From positions 234,360,001 through 234,424,000 of the forward strand of contig OZ024741.1 in NCBI GenBank assembly GCA_964016885.1: a stretch of 64,000 nt of DNA, written 5' to 3'. The stretch's first letter is position 1. Every line of letters begins with the position of its first letter. This document shows, in pieces, positions 17,910 to 27,986 of this stretch. A model generated the notes under the pieces. The model saw only the letters and a list, made by a program, of their open reading frames with translations, had not been told where the DNA came from and made no database searches. The DNA comes from Eledone cirrhosa. Taxonomy: Eukaryota. A program made the translations under genes and the position numbers.

Positions 17910-18280
17910 TACCATACACTACTATTTCATCATGATACCAGGTACTAAAACACCAACTATACACTACACCACCACAATACCCCACACCACACGCCACTAT
18001 CACATACCACACTGTACACTAACCCACCACTACACTACCACACCATACACTGCCACAATACACTACATCACTCCACACTGCCATAATCTCACTATACTGA
18101 AAATACCACACTATACACTACATCAACACAATACCACACGCCACTATCACATTACGCCACTACCATACTGTCACAATCTCACTATACTGGCAATACCACA
18201 CTATACACTACACCACCACAATACCCCACATCACCACTACACTGATAAATACCACACTACACTGCTACAATCACACTAGA
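17910..18280. repeat. Degenerate CAC/TAC-rich minisatellite
   Basis: Repeats of CACCACAATACCACACTA-like units. Confidence 0.8.
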
Positions 18281-18317
18281 ATAATCACTTATTTTTTGCT
18301 CAAAGCTGACTGACTGA

Positions 18318-18546
18318 CTGGTCACTCTGACCTAGATACTGACTACTTTGGTCGATGTGACCTAGTTACTGACCACTTGCCATTTTGACCTACATACAAA
18401 CTACTGGGGTCGTTCTGACCTAGATATTGCCTACTAGGGTCATTCTGACCTAGATAGTGACTACTGGGATCATTCTGACCTAGATGTTGACTGCTAGGTC
18501 ATTCTGACCGAGATAACAATTACTGGGGTTATTCTGACCTAGATCA
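18318..18546. repeat. 30-bp minisatellite, about 7-8 copies
   Basis: Unit about GGTCATTCTGACCTAGATAGTGACTACTGG. Confidence 0.9.
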
Positions 18547-19584
18547 TTGTTCCCAACCCTTTTACTACTATTTATTTGTAATTTATTTAAATGGATTTTC
18601 TCATTGACTCTAGACTTTTGAAAGGTCAACAAGCCAGTGAACAGCCCCTCCTCACTTACAACTTTGTAGATCTCCAGGGATCCATAGTCTACAAGCTGGT
18701 AACCAATGACCTTGATGCTGACTAGTGTCCACTTCTCACCTTTACATTTAGTTTGTTTAACCCTTTTAATACCAACACTACTAAAACTGGCCATGGTTCT
18801 CTAAACAAACCACCCATTTTAAAGGGTTTCTATTTAAATCAAAATCTTCCAACATCATTTTATCTGAGAACTATTTGTTAAATTGCTACCTTAATAATGA
18901 AATAATGAAAATTTTACTAAATCCCTCAACATTCCTCATTATTTAATTGAAATAGAGTGTCATCATCATTATCACTGTTATACATCTATTTTCCATGCTT
19001 GCATTATCGAGTGTACTGAATGCATTTTATTGTGTTACCAACATTACCACTTTGTTCAACACTAGTGCACTTATCTCATTCTCAGTCAGACTGGGAAGGC
19101 ATAAATGAGAGCAAGGGACAAGCTACATATTCCTTGCTGAGAGGGAAAGAGAGAGACAAAGGTGACTTAAAAGAGTAAGTGACAGCTGGCAGTACATTGT
19201 GGGGTGCAGCTCTCTTTCCGTGCAGGCATGAGAAAGGGGGGAACGGGGATATGAGAGCAAGGGATTGAGTAGGTATCGGATCACAGTGGAGTATTGAAGA
19301 GAGGGAGTGAGTGACCAACATCCAACAGTACACTGTGGAAGTGTGTCCATCTTTACATGCTGGCATGTGTTAAGTGGGTGAAGAGGAATCAGGGATTTGA
19401 TGGGGGTGTGAGAAATAGGTGAAGGTTAAATAGTGAAATACAGGACATATTGGCAGTAAGGAGAGGGGGACCTAAAACTTAAAAAGTTGTTACTTCTTTC
19501 TGCTTACATTTTGTCCTGATCATGTGGGAAGGTGAGTCTTGTGTAATACATTTTATTACCAGTCGACTTGATCCTGTATCATTT

Positions 19585-19925
19585 CCTTTGTGAGGTCCGC
19601 CCAAATTTTCTTAAGTCTTCCTTTTCCACAGTTTCTTTCAGCTATTAGTGTCTTGCACCTCTTTTCGCAGCTGTCATCCTCCATACGCATTACATGTCCA
19701 TACCAGCACAGTCTTCTCTCTTATACTCTGCACCTAATCCTTCTTATGCTCAACTTTTCTCTCAATTCATTGATGATTTGTCTTTCATGCATACTACTAT
19801 TATACATACATCAGAACAGGCTAACCTCTGCACTCAAGGCCCATGTCTCACTTCCATGCAGCATCACTGTTCTTACACAGGCATCATAAAATCTGCCTTT
19901 AAACATGAGAAAGAAACATTTTGTA
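19585..19925 (-). mobile_element. RTE-clade LINE 3' fragment
   Basis: Matches copies at 25910, 34380, 36600 and 61690 (ACATGTCCATACCAGC...). Confidence 0.7.
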
Positions 19926-20364
19926 GCCAGCTAGAGAACTATAATAAAAAGAAAGCAGCTGAGAACAGAGCCTAGGTTATGCTAAATTCTTCACTATACA
20001 CATTATTAGCTCACACTTATGGTCATGAAAGGGTTAAGTCTTTCTTCATCAAACAATTTATAGTGATTTACAGTTAGTGTTATTTTTATGAACCCATATA
20101 CGATATATTTATGTATGATAAACATACATTTAGTCTCACTGGGAGTATTTTAAGTTATGATCATGTTATGTCATTCTTATATACTTCCATTACTTCAGTG
20201 ATATTGGTTGCAGTCTGATGTAGTGTACTTCAGTGGTTTTGTTGTAGTGTTATAACATCGTCTGGCGACATTGTCTGAGGTTACCTATAAAAAAAGGTGT
20301 TCCAGTTTTTTCATGTGATGCAGTGAGCTGTGTGGCACTATTGTTTGGCCCTGAGTGGTATGGT

Positions 20365-20965
20365 CAGCTGTGTTACATGGTGGAGCTGTGCAATGTGGTG
20401 CTGACTGTTGTGTTACCAGGTGCAGTGTGGTGCTGTCTATTGTGTTACCAGGTGCAGTGTGGTGTTGTCTGTTGTGTTACCAGGTGCAGTGTGGTGATGA
20501 CTGTTGTGTTACCAGGTGCAATGTGGTGCTGACTAGTGTTACCAGGTGCTATGTTGTATTACCAGGTGTTGTCTGTCATATTACCTGGTGCAGTTTAGTG
20601 TTGTCTATTGTGGTACTTGATGCAGTGTGGTGCTGCCTGTTGTTACCAAGTGCAGTGTGATGCTGTCTGAGGGTTACCTAGTGCAGTGTGGTGCTGTCGC
20701 TGGGTTACCAGGTGCAGTTTGGTGCTGTCTGCTGTGTTATCTGGTGCAGTGTGATACACTCTGTTGTGTTACCTGGCGCAGTGTGATGCTGTCTGCTGTC
20801 TGTTATATTACATAGTGCAATGTGATATTCTCTATTGTGTTACTTGGTGCAGTATGGTATTGTCTGTTGTATTACCTGGTGCATTGTGGTGATGTCTGCT
20901 GTGTTACCTGGTGTAGTATGGTGCTCTCTGCTGTGTTACCTGGTGCAGTATGGTGTGGTTTCCTC
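20365..20965. repeat. About 30-bp minisatellite, about 20 degenerate copies
   Basis: Unit about GTGTTACCAGGTGCAGTGTGGTGCTGTCTGTT. Confidence 0.9.
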
Positions 20966-21377
20966 TGTTGGTGTCTGCTACTTTGCCTGAAGTAAAATGC
21001 TTGAGAATAAAAGTTATAGTAATATTTCAGATTTTTATTTGTCATATATGACAAACAGATTTTGACATTAAATCTTTGAGTAAAATATGTTTTCTGCAAT
21101 AAAAAATACTCTAGATTGAGTTAAGTTAAATTATCAGGGACTCTTAAACATTCTAGAGAAAGAGGTCTTGTTCCAAACAATGAGCAGACAAACTACAGTT
21201 CATGTTTAAGAAGTGTGTGATAACGTATGTCAAGTAAAATATAGCTGGTATATAAGGAGTATTTGGACTGACTAGAGAAAATGAGATTAGTGTAATCCAA
21301 TGACAGTGCTGTGTGAACTACAATATCACTAAGTGCATCTAAACTGCAGTATCAGTGCTAGTTTATGAGGTAATGTT

Positions 21378-21770
21378 ATGTAGTCCCATGTCAGCTCTGA
21401 TCCAGCCATCTCAAGGTGTATAGTAGTTGAGGTTGTTTAGCCTCAGGTCAAACTTGATCCAACAGTCTTAGCTGTACAGTGGTTGTGGTTTTCTAGCTCT
21501 AGATCAGCCTTGATCCAGCAGTTCTATGTTACACAGGTAGTTGTTGTTGTGTAGCCCTAGATCAGCCCTGATCCAGCAGTTCTATGGTACATAGGTAGTT
21601 TTTGTGTAGCCCTAGGTCAATTCCGATCCAGTAGTTCTTAAGGTACACAGGTTGTTGTTGTGTAACACTAGATCAGTCCTGATCCACCTGTCACATGGTA
21701 CAAAGGTAGTTATTGTTGTATAACCCTATGTCATCCCTGATCCAGCAATCCTATAGTATACAGGTTGTAA
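21378..21770. repeat. About 55-60-bp tandem repeat, about 7 copies
   Basis: Unit about GTTGTGTAGCCCTAGATCAGCCCTGATCCAGCAGTTCTATGGTACACAGGTA. Confidence 0.85.
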
Positions 21771-22584
21771 TGTAAGTCCAATAACATGCAGGTAGTTAGC
21801 TGAACAACTATGCCCAATCATGTCTCTCTCTAGAAGACCATACTGTATATTCCGACATGCAGTAATGTATGATATGGTATGAGTTCAAATCAAACTAAGG
21901 AGTCAATAAAATGAAGCTGGTTAAATTTTTAGAGCACAGATCAGACGACTTACAATATCTGTTCCAGGCCTGTATATTCTGAGTTCAAATCCTGCTTCCT
22001 GTAACTGGAAAAGTAGTAATATAGGGCCCCTATCATTAAAACAACCAAGAACTCTCCTATGTAATGCAACATCATAGGAGGCCAGCTAAATCTAGACAGG
22101 TGTGCACTATGATAACAACAATGTGACACTCTGGATATGTTGCACTAAATCTATTTCTGTGTGTCCACAGTGGAGGTTGGCATGTGTGGACTCAGGGTAT
22201 AACTGTTAATTGTTTCAGTGTAGTTGCATTTAAAGTATTCTGTTGGTAGCGAAAACACGTTTTTGTGACAAACCTATATCAATCGACCGACATTCCATCC
22301 ATGCTCATCCTTTCATCTTTCCTGGCATATATATACATGATTACTTTATACTATATTTATATATTTTTAAAATGGTAATGGGATTTGGCAGGTGAAATAA
22401 CCATGCGGAGGTTGATGCAGAATATAGCTGAGTAAAATGGAGTACGTTGGAGGAAACAATCAGGTCTGGCTTGTAAATACTAGGTCTTACATAGGAGATA
22501 ACAAAAGACATGTGGACAGCTGCTGCATTACAAACCCATCCAACCAACACTATCAGGGTAAAACAGAAACCAATAATAACAATC

Positions 22585-22730
22585 ACAATGGCTAAGAAGT
22601 TCACTTTACAACTACATTATTTTTGGTTCAAATGCAGTATACTGCACCTTGGACACGTATTTTCTATCATAAGATTGGGTCAACCAAAGCCTTGTAAGTG
22701 AAATTTGGGAAAAACTCTGCAGAAGCTTGA
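22585..22730 (+). mobile_element. CORE-like tRNA SINE, degenerate
   Basis: GGTTCAAAT..GCACCTTGG...GGGTCAACCAAAGCCTTGT; related copies at 37395-37530 (+) and 39030-39190 (-). Confidence 0.6.
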
Positions 22731-23649
22731 TACAGGACAATTCTTGACAGCCATTTTAATACCACCAGATGCCTATGAAAGTGAAATATAGTGCACTTTA
22801 GTGGCTTTGCTTTGCTGTAGTGTTATAACATTGTCTGTACTATAGTGTGGCAACACTGACTCTGCTGTGGTATGGTGACATTGGCTGTGGTGTACTCTAG
22901 TGACATTGTCTGTGGTTACCTACAAAAGAAGGTGTTCCAGTTTTGACTAGCCCACCATGTTGCATATCTAGAATTTCATTAATCAATCTGTTCTTTCTTT
23001 TTACAAAACAGTGTTTGTGATATGAAGAAACTTACCTGCAATTTCTAGCAGAACAAGTGAACTCATATAAGCTCCTGTGTTGACTGTGGAAGCACCTTCA
23101 TGTGATGCAGTGAGCTGTGTGGCACTATTATTTGGTCCTGTGTGGTATGGTCAGCTGTGTTACATGGTGGAGTGTGGTGCACTTTGTTGAAAATGAAACT
23201 GAAATGAAATTTACAGCTCACACCTATGCAGCTTTAGCTGGCCTCGTCCAAGGTTGCTACTCATAGGTAATTTCTCGAGTGTTTTAATGATCGGCGCCCT
23301 AATTGTATTATATAAAACAACTTAAAATAAAATGTCTTACTCAAAAACACATGCTGCCCAGTCCAGGGGTTGAACCTATGACCTTATGATTGTAGGCCCA
23401 ATACCCTAACAACTAAGCCATGCACCTTCTCAGTCCATTCTGTTGCAAACATTTGGGTCAACTCTGCTGTGATAATTACTTCCTCTTTCCTACCAGTCTT
23501 GGAGGCCCTGGAAAGGGCGTGATGGTTGTATTTTCTTCTCTCATTAAGGGTAAGACCACCTATTCTAAACTAGTCATATCATGTGCTCTTTGTCTGGTCA
23601 GCAGCTATGTACAATGAATGAGAGTTTATTTATCTCATGCCATTGTATA

Positions 23650-24075
23650 GCTCATACTGTAAGGTCATCCAGCTGTAGAATCCATGTTTTCAGTACATGC
23701 TATAAAGTGGTTGGTGTAAGGAAAGGTGTCCAGCTGTAGAAACCAATGTCCCAGTACACAATGTAAAGCTGTTGGTGTTAAGGTCATCTAGCTGTAGAAA
23801 CCAGTGTCCCAGTACACGATGTAAAGTGATTGGTGTTAGGAAGGTCATCTAGCTGTAGAAAACAGTATCCCAGTACATGCTGTAAAGTGGTTGGTGTTAG
23901 GAGAGGCATCTAGCTGTGTAGAAACCTTGCTTCCAGTACACAATGTAAAGTGGTTAGTGTTAAGAAGGTCATCTAGACATGGAAATCAAGCCAAAATTGA
24001 AATGTACGAGCTTCATAACATGACAACTCGTCTAACCCATGCAAGCATGGAAATAGAGGTTAAACAGTAATGATA
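23650..24075 (+). repeat. Tandem array of about 6 x 55-60 bp derived from an RTE-tailed SINE-like element, ending in the RTE-type tail
   Basis: Unit AGTACA..TGTAAAGTGGTTGGTGTTAGGAAGGTCATCTAGCTGTAGAAACC. Confidence 0.8.
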
Positions 24076-24084
24076 ATGATATCA

Positions 24085-24295
24085 CATACCATCATGTACC
24101 ATACATACTACAATGAACTACATACCACCTTGTACCATGTACCATTTACTATTATGTACCATACATTCCACCATGTACCATACATACCACCATGTACACA
24201 TACCACCATGTACCATACATACCATCATGTACCACATATTAACACATACTATATACTATTATGTACCATATATATATATACCACTATGTATCATT
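24085..24295. repeat. About 19-bp minisatellite (second block at 25025-25170)
   Basis: TACCACCATGTACCATACA units. Confidence 0.85.
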
Positions 24296-25904
24296 TGCTA
24301 ACACATATTTCTATATACTATGCAAGAGCTGAAATAACTTGTAACACACACAATCACATGACAATACATATCCATCCATGTACCCCTGGTTTAAGTATAT
24401 ATATATGTGTGTGTATGTGTATAAAGCTTATACAATATGTTTATGTATAATAAACATATATAAATTTCATTGACATGTTTATTATATGAAGCTCACGGAA
24501 GAGATGACGAAGGACCGTGACAAGTGGAGAGATGCTGTGCTGAATAGGGCCCGTCCCACCCTTGCAGCAGGGAAAAGCGGGCGTAAAATGATGATGATGA
24601 AAAACACACATACACCCCAATGACATGTCTCTTGCTCTCTCACAGTGCTGGTGCCAATGCCAAAAGCACCTAGTTCGTCCTGTACAGTGGTAGTTCTGGC
24701 TCCCAGTTCACCATGTAATGTAGTTGTGCTGCTGATTTGACAAAAAGTACTCTGTCCACCATGTAAGATGGTTAGCACTAAGAAGGGCATCCAACCATAG
24801 AAGATCAACTCCAAAACAGATCATATGAGCAAGATTTGGTTACTTGACCTGCCTAGCCTCATAACATGACAGCCTACCTAACACATGCAAGCATGGAAGG
24901 TAGACATCAAATTGTGTTGATGATATATAGATATATAATGAAAGAGAGAGAGACATACATACATTATTTATTCGCATTTGAGACATTAGTGCTATATTTG
25001 TAAGTAAACATGAAACAACTCTCTTATGTACCCTATATACCACCTTGTACCACATACCACCATGTACCATACAAACCACCATGTACCATGCATACCACCA
25101 TGTACCATACATACCACCATCTATTATACATACCACCATGTACCATACATACCACCATGTATCATACATACAACCGAGAAACACACATACACCCCAATGA
25201 CATGTCACTTGCTCCCCAAAGTGATGGTGCCACAGCAAAAAGCACCTAGCGCATTCTGTACAGTGGTAGTTTTGGCACCCAGTCCACCATGTAAGGTGTC
25301 ATATTGGTGTCACAACAAAAAAAGCACTCAGTCCTTCATCAGAAGATAGAATGAAAAATTAAAGAAGAAATAGAAAGATTGAGATGGGCAGGGGGAAAAC
25401 GGAAAAACGTTTTTTTTAGAGAGAAAAACAAAAATTATATATATATATATAGTGAGAGAGTGAGACATACATATATTATTTATTCGCAGTTGAGATGTTA
25501 GTGTTTAATTTGTAAGTAAAAATGAAACAACTCTCTCATGAGTTTACTCCTACTTTTACATGTAACCTTGATGATATCATCTCAGACAAAGACAATTTCC
25601 TGTTTGAGAACAGTTTATATCAGGATTGGAATCACCTGTTTAACATTCCTAAACTTTCCTCTTGCTTTTCTATTTAGTTCTTCTCACAGCAAATCCATAA
25701 CCTGAATTACAACACATTTCAACTATGAATTGACAAACCCATTGCCTGAGAGGTATAGCATTAATAGATAGGGCATAGGCAAGTTTGTCAGAGCTGCCAA
25801 TCAGTGATGGGTATCAGTACAGAATACAATGGATGAAAGACCCAATATAGATATTTTATACATTCCAACCTCTATCTTCCCTGCTATTTTAATGACTATT
25901 TCAC

Positions 25905-26262
25905 TGTTTGTACCACTGGGCTGGCCTTTCTAGCACTGCATGTCACCACTCATCACAGTCATTTTTCACTTCCTTTGTAAGGTTCAGTTTCTTGAGCTCA
26001 ATATTCACTCCTTCATCTAGAATCTTTCTAGGTCTCTCTTTTCCACAGGTTCAAACAACTTTGAGTGACCAGCACTTCTTTATACAACTGACATCCTCCA
26101 TATGCATAACACACCCATGCCAAAACGAACTCCTTTCTTCCAGACTACATATGATACTTTTTATATCCAACTTTTCTCTCAGCTCAATTGTGGTGTCATT
26201 TAAGCACATTAATATTACACATACAGCAGAGCATGCACACTTCATTCCTTTCTAGCTATCAT
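25905..26262 (-). mobile_element. RTE-clade LINE 3' fragment
   Basis: ELREKLDI...W.G.VMHMED.SCIKKC. Confidence 0.75.
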
Positions 26263-26307
26263 ACATTTATGTGTGTTTATATATATACATGTATGTGTGT
26301 GTGTATG

Positions 26308-26366
<59 letters not shown>

Positions 26367-26374
26367 ATGATATA

Positions 26375-26750
26375 TAGTGGTTAGAGCAGTAGGCTTGCAA
26401 TCGAAAGGTTGTGAGTTCAATTCTCGGACCAGATGATGTGTTGTTTCCTTGAGCAAGACACTTTATTTCACGTTGCTCCAGTTTACTCAGCTGAAAATGA
26501 GTACCAGCAATAGCTGGAGGTTTAACTCTGCGATGGACTGGCGTCCTGTCCAGGGGGGGGGGGGGGGGGGGGCTCGCGCCATGAAGCCGGGATAAGCACC
26601 GGCCAAATGAGCCTTCTGGCTTAAGACAGACTTTAGACTTACGGCCTGCCCACCCAGCCAGTGGGATGGCGTCATCGTATGGCTAAAACAGCAATGTGCT
26701 GTGACCAGTGGCGTCGAATGGCGCCCGACAGACTGGTCGGTCAAGGTGAT
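26375..26750 (+). mobile_element. tRNA-derived SINE with Meta/V-like central domains
   Basis: A/B boxes GTGGTTAGAGC / GAGTTCAATTC, CCTTGAGCAAGACACTT, CTGCGATGGACTGGCGTCCTGTCCAGGG. Confidence 0.7.
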
Positions 26751-27927
26751 ATATAAACACACATAAATGTATAATAGCTAGAAAGAAATGAAGTGTGCAT
26801 GCTCTGCTGTATGTGTAATATATATATATAGATAGATATAGATGGATTGGTAAATATTAATGTTATTTAATAGATTCTAAAGAGAATAATATAACAGGAA
26901 TGAATATTCCTGTTATATTAATCGAATCGTTCATCAATCAATCAAAAGATTTAATTTAAATCCTGGTTATTCTTTATTCAATTATATATAGATAGATATA
27001 TAATATATTTATTTATTTTCAGATTTGATTGCTGTTCCTACAGATGCTACTTACTATCCAATGGATATTAACTGCTGAAACCATCCTGAATAACCTTTCA
27101 CATTTGACTTCATAACATCTCATTTTTTTTTTTCCTGATTTTGGCAAATGAACCACCTGGCATGTCTGGTTCAACTGAAGAAAATGATCCCACCAACCTC
27201 CTTGCAAGGATTTATCAGCATTGTCTGATGCATTCTTCTATCTGTGATGTGTAGCAATAACATCATTCTTTGAAAAATACTTAATATAATTACATATAAT
27301 TAGTGTGTGTTTTTCCTTGTTGTGTGTTTGTAGAACCTTTGTCTACACTGCTGTATGTATGCATGGTTGATTACTTCTGTGTTGCCAAGTAGAATATCTG
27401 GTCCCTGTAGGAAATAATTCTATGTTGTGTCTTAATTATTGTGATTGCCATTAAAATTTTTCTTGAGCAGATCTAATTTGCATATATATGTAACGGTAAC
27501 TCTATGATTCAGTACCTCTTCAACTTCTTATTTTGCAATATACATATATATGAATGTATATTGATAAACTGATGTTCTGTGGATCAATTTACAAACAATG
27601 AACATTTATATTCATTCAAAAGATAGTTTGGAATTGTATTTTTGTTTTAGTCGACCTCTCATAGAATCATTATCATATAACATCCATTTTTCCTGCTAGC
27701 AAGAGTTTTGTTTGCTTGATGTTCGGTTGTTTGTGTGTTGTACCTGTGATTTGAACTCTTGTAACAGTCAATGATGTCAATAGTTGTGACCTAGTCTAGT
27801 TGGTTTATGATGTAAAGTGTTCCCTCTTACATTACTGTTGTCATTGTCGCCATCATCATCAACAGCTACACCACCATAATCATCATCATCATCATCATCT
27901 TCATTATTTGTGTCACCACCACCACCA

Positions 27928-27944
27928 TCTTCTTCTTATCGTAG
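27928..27944 (+). promoter_or_regulatory. Candidate 3' splice acceptor of the ZF-A coding exon
   Basis: TCTTCTTCTTATCGTAG|C, 42 nt before the ATG. Confidence 0.55.
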
Positions 27945-27986
27945 CAAATCAAATGTAATTTGGAATCACAGTGACATCCACCCAAT

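Noticed and set aside
18318-18546. Regular 30-bp repeats resembling a CRISPR array
   Set aside because: Head-to-tail units with no unique spacers, no cas genes, eukaryotic context
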